Origin: Oikopleura dioica
Taxonomy: Eukaryota; Animalia; Chordata
Assembly: GCA_907165135.1 (NCBI GenBank)
Contig: CAJRAX010000007.1
Coordinates: 62,001-126,000 of the forward strand
Direction of reading: 5' to 3'
DNA length: 64,000 nucleotides
This document shows positions 7,912-20,930 of this stretch, piece after piece. Position 1 is the stretch's first letter; each line of letters begins with the position of its first letter. Under the pieces are notes generated by a model. That model saw nothing but the letters and a program-made list of their open reading frames with translations, was not told where the DNA came from and ran no database searches. The position numbers were made by a program, and so were the translations under genes.

Positions 7912-8950
7912 TGATAATAATAGGCAAAAGAACAATACAAAAAATCGAAAAAAAAATTATTCTTTATCACGGCCCGTTTTCGCCAATTCGGATAATTATT
8001 TGCATGAAAATCACGAATGCGTTAAATCGGACATTGGAGCCAGTTCGAATTCTGCTGGTAAAAATGAGACCATTTTTATCTTATTTTTGTAACGTACGCG
8101 TTATCACAAAACTCTGAAGGCACATTAGCCACCCGCTTATGCGGTTTTGTTAACCCTTTTCAGTATTTCTAGGATTCCGAATTTATTCTTTGCTCAAATT
8201 TAATTTCACCTTTCTTAACTTATTTTGAACTTTCAATTTATCCTGTAAGTATCTACTGAACGATTCTCGCTGGACTCATCCCCTTCCCTTACTCGACAAG
8301 CTGTATGGACTTTCATCCTCTCGCAGAGTTCCGCTTTTGCGGCTTGACACTGTGACCCCGTGCCCCGCGGGATGGCGGTGTCAGTAAGTGCTCCGAGGTA
8401 GGCGACGTTTGTATGAACACTTTTTCGGCTCGATTTAAGACGACTGGCCCTCTTCTTGGATAACGACGAAAATGCGGCTTCAACAACTTCGACAGCTTCG
8501 ACAACTACGACTACTACGACTTGGACAAATGCTATGGACTGACAACGATTATGGAACTGGAATCAGCAAAAATACTTATCAGAATGTGATATGGTCACAT
8601 AGTGAGAAGTTGATCATTCTGATTAGTAATTATTGGCAACGAGCGGCTTTATTTTTGGGAACGAAAAATATCGAAAGAAGAAAACATGGAAGAAAATCGG
8701 TGCAACTTTCGCGGCGCCATATTTGGAAAGAAAATAAACACGCGAAATGCGTGAAATCGCCTTATTTGGAAATTTAAACATCTGCGCGAAATTTCATTTG
8801 AAAATTTGAACTTTGAAAAATCACTCTTCGTCTTACCAAAAATAATAAAGCCGTCTTCGTTATTTTTCTCGACTCATCCTTAGCAAGCTGCAATTAGCTT
8901 AATTAGTAATTTTTGATTAGCGCCAGTGAGAAAACGCAGAATTTGCATCA
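7912..8950 (+). repeat. 3' LTR of element A
   Basis: Direct repeat of 1154-2192. Confidence 0.96.
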
Positions 8951-11900
8951 CTGTAAATTATCTGAAAACGCCAAAAAACGCATCAGAATTTTTTTTTATT
9001 TTTTTTTTTATTTATTTGAACTGTAAATCATCTGAAAACGCCAAAAACGCATCAGAATTTTTCTTAATTTTTTCGATTTTTTGAACTGTAAATCATCTGA
9101 AAACGCCAAAAACGCATCAGAATTTTTCTTTATTTTTTTATATTTTTAAGAATTGTAAACCATCTGAAAACGCCAAAAAACGCATCAGAATTTATATTTA
9201 TTTTTCTTTATTTTTATGAACTGTAAATCATCTGAAAACGCAAAAAACGCATCAGAATTTTTATTTTTTTATTTTTATGAACTGTAAATCATCTTAAAAC
9301 GCAAAAAACGCATCAGAATTTATATTTATTTTTTTATTTTTATGAACTGTAAATCATCTGAAAACGCCAAAAACGCATCAGAATTTTTTAATTTTTTATT
9401 TTTATGAACTGTAAATTATCTGAAAACGCCAAAAACGCATCAGAATTTTTTTAATTTTTTCTATTTTTATGAACTGTTAATCATCTAAAAACGCCAAAAA
9501 ACGCATCAGAATTTTTCTTAATTTTTTCGATTTTTTAAACTGTCAATTATCTGAAAACGCCAAAAAATGCATCAGAATTTTTATTAATTTTTTTTTTATT
9601 TTTATGAATTGTAAATCATCTAATACGGCAAAAAACGCATCAGAATTTTTCTCAATTTTTTTATTATTTTTATGAACTGTAAATCATCTGAAAACGCAAA
9701 ACAACGCATCAGAATTTTGATTAATTTTTTTTTATGAACTGTAAATCATCTGAAAACGCCAAAAACGCATCAGAATTTTTTTATTTTTTTATTTTTATGA
9801 ACTGTAAATCATCTGAAAACGCCAAAAACGCATCAGAAATTTTCTTAATTTTTTCGATTTTTTGAACTGTAAATTATCTGAAAACGCCAAGAAACGCATA
9901 AGAATTTTTTAATTTTTTATTTTTATGAACTGTAAATCATCTGAAAACGCCAAAAACGCATCAGAATTTTTCTTTATTTTTTGATTTTTGAACTGTTAAT
10001 TATCTAAAAACGCCAAAAACGCATCAGAATTTTTTTAATTTTTGTTTTTATTTTTTGAACTGTAAATCATCTGAAAACGCCGAAAAACGCATAAGAATTT
10101 TTCTTAATTTTTTCGATTTTTTGAGCTGTAAATTATCTGAAAACGCCAAAAACGCATCAGAATTTTTTAATTTTTTATATTTTTATGAACTGTAAATCAT
10201 CTAAAAACGCCAAAAACGCATCAGAATTTTTATTGTTTTTTTTTTTTTATTTTTATGAACTGTTAATCATCTGAAAACGCCAAAAAACGCATCAGAATTT
10301 TTTTATTTTTTTTTTTATGAACTGTAAATCATCTGAAAACGCCAAAAACGCATCAGAATTTTGATTAATTTTTTATTTTTATGAACTGTAAATCATCTGA
10401 AAACGCCAAAAAACGCATCAGAATTTTTTTAATTTTTTTTTATTTTTATGAACTGTAAATCATCTGAAAACGCCAAAAAACGCATCAGAATTTTTTTTAA
10501 TTTTTTATTTTTATGAACTGTAAATCATCTGAAAACGCCAAAAAACGCATCAGAATTTTTCTTAATTTTTTTTTTTTTTGAACTGTAAATCATCTGAAAA
10601 TGCCAAAAACGCATCAGAATTTTTCTTAATTTTTTCGATTTTTTGAACTGTAAATCATCTGAAAACGCCAAAAACGCATCAGAATTTTTTAATTTTTTTT
10701 ATTTTTATGAACTGTAAATCATCTGAAAACGCCAAAAACGCATCTGAATTTTTTTATTTTTTTATTTTTATGAACTGTAAATCATCTGAAAACGCCAAAA
10801 AACGCATCAGAATTTTTTTATTTTTTATTTTTATGAACTGTTAATTATCTGAAAACGCCAAAAACGTATCAGAATTTTTTTATTTTTTTAAATTTTTATG
10901 AACTGTTAATCATCTTCAAACGCCAAAAACGCATCAGAATTTTTTTATTTTTTTATTTTTATGAACTGTAAATTATCTAAAAACGCCAAAAAACGCATCA
11001 GAATTTTTTTAATTTTTTGTTTTTATGAACTGTAAATCATCTGAAAACGCCAAAAAACGCATCAGAATTTTTCTTAATTTTTTTTTATTTTTTTGAACTG
11101 TAAATCATCTAAAAATGCCAAAAAACGCATCAGAATTTTTCTTAATTTTTTTCGATTTTTTTGAACTGTAAATCATCTGAGAACGCCAAAAAACGCATCA
11201 GAATTTTTTTTAATTTTTTTTTTTATTTTTATGAACTGTAAATTATCTGAAAACGCCAAAAAACGCATCAGAATTTTTTTTAATTTTTTTTCATTTTTAT
11301 GAACTGTAAATCATCTAAAAACGCCAAAAAACGCATCAGAATTTTTCTTAATTTTTTTCGATTTTTTCAAACTGTCAATTATCTGAAAACGACAAAAAAT
11401 GCATCAGAATTTTTATTAATTTTTTATTTTTATGAATTGTAAATCATCTAATACGGCAAAAACGCATCAGAATTTTTCTCAATTTTTTTATTATTTTTAT
11501 GAACTGTAAATCATCTGAAAACGCAAAACAACGCATCAGAATTTTGATTAATTTTTTTTTTATTTTTATGAACTGTAAATCATCTGAAAACGCCAAAAAA
11601 CGCATCAGAATTTTTTTTAATTTTTTTTTTTATTTTTATGAACTGTAAATCATCTGAAAACGCCAAAAAACGCATCAGAATTTTTCTTAATTTTTTTTAT
11701 TTTTTTGAACTGTAAATCATCTGAAAATGCCAAAAAACGCATCAGAATTTTTCTTAATTTTTTTCGATTTTTTGAACTGTAAATTATCTGAAAACGCCAA
11801 GAAACGCATAAGAATTTTTTTTAATTTTTTTTTTTATTTTTATGAACTGTAAATCATCTGAAAACGCCAAAAAACGCATCAGAATTTTTCTTTATTTTTT

Positions 11901-12581
11901 TTGATTTTTGAACTGTTAATTATCTAAAAACGCCAAAAAACGCATCAGAATTTTTTTTTAATTTTTGTTTTAATTTTTTTGAAATGTAAATCATCTGAAA
12001 ACGCCGAAAAACGCATCAGAATTTTTCTTAATTTTTTTCGATTTTTTTGAGCTGTAAATTATCTGAAAACGCCAAAAACGCATCAGAATTTTTTAATTTT
12101 TTATATTTTTATGAACTGTAAATCATCTAAAAACGCCAAAAAACGCATCAGAATTTTTATTGTTTTTTTTTTTTATTTTTATGAACTGTTAATCATCTGA
12201 AAACGCCAAAAAACGCATCAGAATTTTTTTATTTTTTTTTTATTTTTATGAACTGTAAATCATCTGTAAACGCCAAAAAATGCATCAGAATTTTTCTTAA
12301 TTTTTTTCGATTTTTTTAAACTGTCAATTATCTGAAAACGCCAAAAAACGCATCAGAATTTTTTTATTTTTTTTTTATTTTTATGAACTGTAAATCATCT
12401 GTAAACGCCAAAAAACGCATCAGAATTTTTCTTAATTTTTTTCGATTTTTTTAAACTGTCAATTATCTGAAAACGCCAAAAAATGCATCAGAATTTTTAT
12501 TAATTTTATTTTTATGAATTGTAAATCATCTAATACGGCAAAAAACGCATCAGAATTTTTCTCAATTTTTTTGTTTATTTC
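8951..12581 (+). repeat. Main satellite array
   Basis: Same monomer; recurring variants (CTAATACGGC, AAACAACGC, GAGCTG) indicate higher-order structure. Confidence 0.97.
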
Positions 12582-13751
12582 TGATACCGACTAAAGAATC
12601 TCTCCCTGCGATGTAAATACTTGCAAGTAAAATTCGAAAATAATTTTTTGCTTTTTCGTGGATTTATTTGGAAACGTGAATGATTTTCAAAATTTCAAAT
12701 TTTTGAAGAATAGTATTTTTAAACCGGTTGGTTCCGGATTTTCCATTGTTCCGTCGATGGCGCCATTACGGGCCTTTGTGCTTCTTACATAATCAATTGA
12801 TGCCAATTTTTATCTTTTTACGTAACGGTTAATAAATAGACAGTTACATAACTATGTTACGTTTCTTTTCATTTTTTTCATTTTTGTTGATTTCTTGCCA
12901 CATGTGGCGCTTTTTCCCAGTTATGAAAAATAAGAGCTTCTCACTATGTGACCACTCATATTTTTCATAATTAGCAAAGTTGTCGTTTTTGTCAAAGTCC
13001 GTTGTCCATGTCCAGTGTCAGTCCAAGCCAGTCCGTTGTCCGTGTTGTAGTTGAAGTTGTTGAAGAAGAAGTTGTCGCCATCGCCGGTCCATTGTGTAGC
13101 CATGATTTCTGTTAATTGGTCAAGTTAACTAGAAAACGCAGCCGTAACAGCTCATCAACGATTTTGATTACCTGGGAGCGCTTATGACCACGGTTTACCG
13201 GTTTGGGATATTCTGCCCGCGGTTACTTTGTGATCAGCCCTTACGGGAAGCTCAGCCAGTAAGAATCTGTGTTCCAACTTTTCCGTCGTTGTCGAAGCCA
13301 TTTGAGATCATCCTTCAGTCGTTGATTTTGACACAGAATAATTAATAAAATCAAGAAATTTTCCGAAAGACACGAGTTAACTTTGAAATCATAGAAGAAG
13401 GCTAATATTGTTTTCTTAAAGAAATTTATTTCTTTCCGATTTTTGAAAACATAAATATCCTAAAACAGTTAATAATAAAACCTTTTAAAAGCCCTTGACA
13501 GTAAGACTTTTAAAAGGCGCGGCTAATGTGCCTTTGAGTAAATATAATCGACGCGTACGTAGACACAATCCTAAAGGTATAAAGACTCTTTATAACCTTT
13601 GCCCTGACTATTCTACTTAGACCCTGATTCAAAGTAAATTTGAACCATAAGAAACTGATCTGGCTCGTAAGATCATTATAATTCTAGTGTGATATTTTAA
13701 TTTTGGCCGTGAAATATTTTTTTTTTGGACCGTTCTCCTCATTAGGTATCA
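12582..13751 (-). repeat. 3' LTR of element B
   Basis: Direct repeat of 19761-20930. Confidence 0.95.
13168..13262 (-). ncRNA. Three-way-junction RNA element in LTR B (second copy 20347-20441)
   Basis: Minus strand TTAC-TGG-GAGC/GCTC-CCA-GTAA, CCC-GTAA-GGG hairpin, TGATCAC/GTGGTCA stem. Confidence 0.68.
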
Positions 13752-13814
13752 CTGTGACCACACCTAGGGTCATAGACGAGCATCTTTTCCTATAAGAACG
13801 TGTTTTTCAAAGAA

Positions 13815-16800
13815 CTAAATGTTTGGCTGAAATAAAAGTCTGTCATTTTCACGAGGATGTTTCGGATGTTTTATAAGCATTTCGGAATCAATAAATTCAG
13901 TCAATAGAGTTTTTGAAGAGAATTGAATTTTACCGAGAGAATAAAATGATGCCAAACATTTAAGTTCTGCAACAGATAAATCTGATAGAAAACATTTTTT
14001 TTCTAGGCGAAAAAACGCATAGAAACAAGTTTTCACCATTTTTATTCTTATGCAAACGGGGATGATTCTCGTTTATCCAACATTTAATCCTTGCTATCAA
14101 TTCGGCTTTATTTTCAGCTGGCGAAAATTCTACACCTAATTTTGAAAGAACTACTCAAAGAGATTCTTTTGGTACGTCTTTTTGATTTAACACGCAGCCA
14201 TTACCGATTATCGAATTATATTTATATTCTGTAAATCTTTCGATTTTTTCAAAAAGATCTGGATGCTCATTTTCAAGTATTACATGCAGGGTGAGATCAT
14301 TAAAATCGATCATGTGATGATCTTGTGGGTTAAGTTGTTTTTTTGATAATTCTAACAATTCCCCCGGTAATTTGAGTAAATCGATTGTTAAAAAATCTGC
14401 CTCAGCCCGCAAATTCTCGTCCTCAGCCATTTCCTTTCCAAGATTTTTTTTATGTTTAAGCCTAACTAGTGGATCTGTTTGATTTATCCTAGGAGTTTCG
14501 AAGGTATCATCAGAAGAAAATTCATAATTTTCATAATTGCCTTTTTTTTGAAATCTGCTGATCAGGCTCAGAATTATCCGAGTTTTCTCGTTGTCTCTTT
14601 CCAAAAGGTTTGGAGCTTTCAAGTTCAGATAAACACAATTTATCATATGATGTTAAATCTCTATCGGAAACCTGGACACTACTTTCGTTATTATCTAACT
14701 CATTAGTCTCTATATTATCATCTCCACTCCCGAGAATAGGATTATTACCATTTGCTGACGCGATTATTTCAAGCTCAGAATTTTCTAAGGTTTCAGTCAA
14801 ATCTAAAATTTGTGGATTCAGGTCGGAGGGGACAACATTCCCAAGCATCGAATTTTCAGATCCACCCTGAATCTCTCTCCCGTTGATTGAATCATTATCC
14901 GATGTATAATGGTCCGAACTATGATCTAAATTACTCGATACGCTTAGCGAATGATTGACCCTATTGATCTCTCTTCCATACTGATAAATAAAATTTTCTG
15001 ATAGCATTGAATCTAAAGACATCTCATTGAATCCCGAATCAGAATGAATCATCGAATCCTTGTTTCCAGGGTTAGAATTTGAGAGAAAATCATTGTTATT
15101 TTCCGACAAACAAGGGATCTCTTTCCGTTCATTGAAAACTCGAAGATCATCTGCATGTCTTCTAAAAATTTTTCCTGATGATTCCTCCTGAACAACAAAT
15201 GTTGTTGCCGTTTTCTCTGTAACAATAAATGGTCCCAAAAACGGAGGTGATTTGGAGCGAAAATTTCTGATTAAAACTTTATCACCAATAGCGTATTCTC
15301 GATAATTATTATTTTGAAATTTTTGACATCGCAGTCGTTTCTCGTTATCAATTAATTTTTTAATTTCCTGAAAATCAAAATGATTTGCTTGCATATATTC
15401 TCTCCAATTCGAATCATGAAAAGTGTGAGGATTTTTTATTCCATTCTCAATCGAAAAAGGACTCAACTTAGTGACTGAATGTTGTGAGCTATTTATCTCA
15501 TGTAATATTTCAAAAATATATTGATCCCAATTAATAAACGCGCAACGAGCTTTCAATCTATTTTTGATGGTTCTATTAGCGTTCTCGCAAGCTCCATTCG
15601 TCGAAGGATGCCTTGGTGGGCTACGATTCATTTTAATACCATTCTTTTTGCAAAAATCATCAATCTTGCAGAATTCTGGAGCATTATCAAATAAAACTAA
15701 GCGCGGGAATAAAGGATTTCTAAAAATAATTGCCTTGAATTTTTCTAAAAGAATGTCAGATTTTTTAGAATTAACCGGCTCCGCGTATATCTTTTTCGAG
15801 AAAAATCAACAGCTGTAAAAGCATAAATGTTTCCCGAATCAGTTATTCTAAGGGGGCCAATCATATCAAATCCCAATTCTTGCCAAGGGCCAGATGGTGT
15901 GGGAAAGGTTTTTACAGGCGCTTTGTTTGGATGAGTATTTGTTTTATGTATTTGGCAAAAAGGACATGACTTTATATAGTCCGCGATTGAATTTTTCATT
16001 TTACTCCAAAAATATTTCCTAGCGATTTTAGAAAAAGTTATTTCCGTGCCCAAATGACATGAATCATGGTACTCCTTGATTATTTCTTTCTGCATTATTT
16101 CTGGAACGCAAATTCTAAAACTACCTTCTGATTTAAGTGCTAACTCCCCAGAATCAAGAAAAAACAATTCCTTCCGGAAAAGAGAAAAGAGGGAGATTTC
16201 TTGAGACGGTTTGTTCGGCCAACGATCTAGTCGAACAAAAGCACGAATGTCTTTCAAAACTGGATCTAACTTTTGCATTTCTAAAAATTGTGCTTTGTCA
16301 ATTTTCAACTGGGAAATTCTCGAATTTCTTGACAAACAGTCAGATATTTTCATCTGACTAGACTTTTTATGAATAATTTGAAAATCAAACGACATTAGAT
16401 CTGCCATCCACCTTTGAAGTCGTGAATTATTTGTCCGAAACGATTTTACATATTTTAGATTAGCATTGTCCGTCAAAAAATCAAAACGACGAAATTTTAA
16501 GAAAACCGACCATTTATCCATACTTAAACGAGCCGCAAGCATCTCTTTTTCGAGGGTTGTATATTTTATTTGAGACTCTGAAAAATTTCCAGAATTATAT
16601 GCTACTGGCCTCAAACAATTTTCATTATGATAATGAGTTTCTCTTGAATCGTCTGAAATACATATATAGAGAACACCGCCGAATCCCGTATCAGAACTAT
16701 CAGTTTCAAGAACGAATTTTCCATTTTCAGGCGGCGCTATCGTTAACTCTAGGGCTTTATCAGTAATTTCCTCCTTAAGATTTTCAAGAGCTACAGTCGC

Positions 16801-18530
16801 TTCACGACTCCATTTAAATTGTCCCCTGTACGTTTGAGTTATAGCTTTCGCCTTTTCTGCAAAATTTGGAATGAATTTTCGATGAAAATTGAGCATGCCA
16901 AAAACAGACATCGCCTCCGTTTTATTTTTAGGACAATTTAGATTTTTTATAGCTTCCACTCTAGATTGAGAAGGTCTAACTTTACCATTTTTTAAATTAA
17001 ACCCGCAGAAATCCAATTCGGAATCAAAAAACTTACACTTTCGGGCATTCAATCGCAAATTATTCTTTGCAAGCGCAATAAAAAATTTTCGAAGACTCAA
17101 AAGATGCTCTGCTTCCGTTTTACTATGAACCGCCAAATCATCCATGTACGCAATAACTTCCGTCTTTGCGATTCCTTCTAGCGCTTTATCAACAAATAAC
17201 ATAAAAAATGAAGGAGCATTTTTAACGCCCATAGGCATTCTCAAAAAACGAAATTGTCCAAATTCACAAGTAAAACTTGTTTTATCGGCTGTTTCTGGGC
17301 AATTTTTGATTTGATGATATCCTTTATACAAATCAGTACTCGAAAAAATTTTGCTCCCGTGCATATACGAAATTGAATCTTCTAATGACGGTAATGGGTA
17401 GTGATACTGTAATGTTGCCTCATTTAGCTTTCTGTAGTCAATAACCAATCGATAAGAACCATCCTTTTTCGCTACCAAAAGGCAAGGCGAGCTCCAAACC
17501 GAGATACATTGCTCGATAACCTTGTTCCCTTCATAATTTTCAAGAATCTTTTTCAAAGTTGGTCTTAACGCAAAAGCGGTTCGATAGGGCTGTGAAGAGA
17601 CAGGCTTATCATCAACAGTATCTATTCTAAATTCTGCTATAGAGCAAGCTGGTATAAAATCTCCTTCTTCCAGAAAAAGAAAACTGAATTCTTCTACCAT
17701 TTTATCGAAAATTTCTTGTGATTCTGGTGACATTTTTCCTGTTTTAATTTCCTTACGAATCTTTTGATTGTTTCCGTTTTTATTTGAGCAACGCTAAAGG
17801 CTTCAACTAAATTGACCATTTTTGTGCCTTTCTCAAGTCTTATACTACAATCAGAAGAATTAACAACAAGTAATCGATACACAGGTGATTCTAAAGATAC
17901 TTCCTGTAAGGAGGGAATCAACTCAAGCTTCGAATTTTTAAGACAGGAATCTTCAAAAAATAAGGGTGCATTTTTTTGTAAATTCATGACATCCAAGTCA
18001 ACAAGCATCTCTGTTTTAGGTCGAAATGTAAGGGTGTTTCGTAAAACCCCATAACAGTTTGATTCTGATTTATTTTCAAAAAATTCAGCATTGATTTTTG
18101 AAATATTAGCGAACCTCTCAACAGGCCCACTTTGAATAATTTTCTTTCTCTTCAGATTAATTAATAATTCTAATTCTTCAATAGCTGCTGATCCTAGAAC
18201 CGAGTTGTAATTTCCTTCCGTAACATAGAACCGCGCGCGGCCCCAATTATGATCATCAATTATTAAATCAGTCTCAATAAATCCTAGAACAGAAACGCTT
18301 GTATTATTGTATGCGCAAATTTTTATATCATTTTTATGAATTTTTTCTGATTGAGGGACAAGTTCTTTTCCAATCAAATTAATTTGGGAACCTGTATCAA
18401 CCAATAATTTTGTATTTTTATTAAAAAGTTTTGCATGAATGAAAAATTGACGACCTACACTATTTACAGAACTAATAAATGAAATCGGGCTGATAGTTTG
18501 ACCATACTCCAACCCGATTATGCGTTTCCC
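13815..18530 (-). pseudogene. pol: Pol, family B, split by several homopolymer frameshifts and a TGA at 14155-14157
   Basis: LLVDTGS, YMDD, ETDSS RNase H, HHCC integrase, GPF module, C-terminal HPKHP..LLFQP; ORF pieces 17694-18512, 15745-17733, 14531-15631, 14155-14646, 13815-14039. Confidence 0.92.
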
Positions 18531-19760
18531 GATGAATTTTGATTGCCACGAATATTCGGATTATTTTCATGGTTACGATTATGTGTATTATTCTGATTAC
18601 GAGGGCAATCTCGCTCAACATGGCCACGGCCACCACAATTGTGACATTGAACAAACCGGCAATTTCGCTTAATATGCCCATATTTTTTACACAGATTACA
18701 GAACACTCGTGGAGAAGAGTTCTGCTGAAAGTTACCCGAAAATGGCCCATTGCTCGAAAAAGGGCTATTGTTTGAGAAAGGACTATTGCCAGAGAAGGGG
18801 CCAAACATTTGTTGACGATTGCTTCGGTTATTGCTTTGACCAAAATTCTGATTTATCGGGCCATTAAAAGACTCTTGAGCGGCTTTTGAAAGCTTTGCAT
18901 TCTCAAGTTTTAGTTCGTTAACTGTAGCAGTAAGATCCCGAATAGCTTCCGCGAATTCTTGGGCCTTCTTATCATGACTTTCTTGAAGCTTTTGATTGCT
19001 CTCGCTGAATGCTTCAAACTGTCTCGATAGCATATCTGACGTGTTATCCATGAAAGAATTCATGCGATCAATATTCACTGCAGAAACAGTGGTAACCGCG
19101 TAACGCTCTCTTTCATCCAAAAATTTTGCTATTTCCGCGGCATTCTGATTATGCATTTTATTATCCTTCAAAAAGCTTAGATTAACTGGTTCGATAAATT
19201 TCTTGAATTTTGACTCCACGAGAAAATCAACCGCATCTTTCCGAGTATCGATCAATTTTGCAAGAGCTTTCACTCTTTTCAAAAAACTGCAGAATTTTTC
19301 ATTGGAATCAACCCGTCGGGCCATATTCTCAAATTCTTGTTCTGCTTTCAATTTTCGCTCTTCCGCCGTTTCTTCGCCAAAAATGTCTTTTAAAACTTCA
19401 AGAGCTTCCTCGAAATTTTCAGCATTTGCAAGCTGGCGTCCAAATTGACTAAGAAACTCGGCTGAACAAGAATTTCGGAGACAATTAACGAGCTTTCGCT
19501 CCAATTGCTTATTAAGCTCAGAATCATTCTCACGAGAATGTTCCTTGACCGACCGGTCGAAAAGTGCTCTAAATTGTGAAACTCGATCTTCCAAATTACT
19601 CCTAGCTAGCTCGTATTCATAAAATTTCATCGCCGGGGAAAAGAATTGGGCTTGAGAATTTGGGGGCAAAACAGTCATAAGAATTTTTTTCCGGCATATC
19701 CGAAATCGATTTTCTCTCAATAATTACCGGTTTTGAATTGCCGTCCTCCGTGGTCTCCAT
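18518..19760 (-). CDS. gag: Gag, family B (true start METTEDG at 19760; one extra A in a homopolymer near 19685)
   Basis: Homologous to gag A/E; CNLCKKYGHIKRNC and CHNCGGRGHVERDC knuckles; G GGA AAC slippery site at 18524-18530. Confidence 0.88.
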
Positions 19761-20930
19761 TGATACCGACTAAAGAATCTCTCCCTGCGATGTAAATACT
19801 TGCAAGTAAAATTCGAAAATAATTTTTTGCTTTTTCGTGGATTTATTTGGAAACGTGAATGATTTTCAAAATTTCAAATTTTTGAAGAATAGTATTTTTA
19901 AACCGGTTGGTTCCGGATTTTCCATTGTTCCGTCGATGGCGCCATTACGGGCCTTTGTGCTTCTTACATAATCAATTGATGCCAATTTTTATCTTTTTAC
20001 GTAACGGTTAATAAATAGACAGTTACATAACTATGTTACGTTTCTTTTCATTTTTTTCATTTTTGTTGATTTCTTGCCACATGTGGCGCTTTTTCCCAGT
20101 TATGAAAAATAAGAGCTTCTCACTATGTGACCACTCATATTTTTCATAATTAGCAAAGTTGTCGTTTTTGTCAAAGTCCGTTGTCCATGTCCAGTGTCAG
20201 TCCAAGCCAGTCCGTTGTCCGTGTTGTAGTTGAAGTTGTTGAAGAAGAAGTTGTCGCCATCGCCGGTCCATTGTGTAGCCATGATTTCTGTTAATTGGTC
20301 AAGTTAACTAGAAAACGCAGCCGTAACAGCTCATCAACGATTTTGATTACCTGGGAGCGCTTATGACCACGGTTTACCGGTTTGGGATATTCTGCCCGCG
20401 GTTACTTTGTGATCAGCCCTTACGGGAAGCTCAGCCAGTAAGAATCTGTGTTCCAACTTTTCCGTCGTTGTCGAAGCCATTTGAGATCATCCTTCAGTCG
20501 TTGATTTTGACACAGAATAATTAATAAAATCAAGAAATTTTCCGAAAGACACAAGTTAACTTTGAAATCATAGAAGAAGGCTAATATTGTTTTCTGAAAG
20601 AAATTTATTTCTTTCCGATTTTTGAAAACATAAATATCCTAAAACAGTTAATAATAAAACCTTTTAAAAGCCCTTGACAGTAAGACTTTTAAAAGGCGCG
20701 GCTAATGTGCCTTTGAGTAAATATAATCGACGCGTACGTAGACACAATCCTAAAGGTATAAAGACTCTTTATAACCTTTGCCCTGACTATTCTACTTAGA
20801 CCCTGATTCAAAGTAAATTTGAACCATAAGAAACTGATTTGGCTCGTAAGATCATTATAATTCTAGTAGGATATTTTAATTTTGGCCGTGAAATATTTTT
20901 TTTTTGGACCGTTCTCCTCATTAGGTATCA
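19761..20930 (-). repeat. 5' LTR of element B
   Basis: Direct repeat of 12582-13751; followed on the minus strand by A-TGGAGACCACGG. Confidence 0.95.

Larger units (their letters stand above)
1154..8950 (+). mobile_element. Ty3/Gypsy LTR retrotransposon, family A, full length
   Basis: 1039-bp LTRs (1154-2192, 7912-8950; only 2 substitutions seen), TGAT...ATCA ends, TSD CTGTA (1149-1153/8951-8955), gag then PR-RT-RH-IN. Confidence 0.97.
12582..20930 (-). mobile_element. Ty3/Gypsy LTR retrotransposon, family B, full length
   Basis: 1170-bp LTRs (12582-13751, 19761-20930; ~5 differences), TGATACC...GGTATCA ends, TSD ATTTC; gag-pol on the minus strand. Confidence 0.96.

Noticed and set aside
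8951-12581. CRISPR-like conserved repeat with variable spacer
   Set aside because: The 'spacers' are only T-rich variants of one sequence; no unique spacers, no cas genes, eukaryotic context
13521-13532. GGCTAATGTGCC as the HDV J4/2-P2 element on the antisense strand
   Set aside because: No upstream GGCACA partner or P1/P3 found
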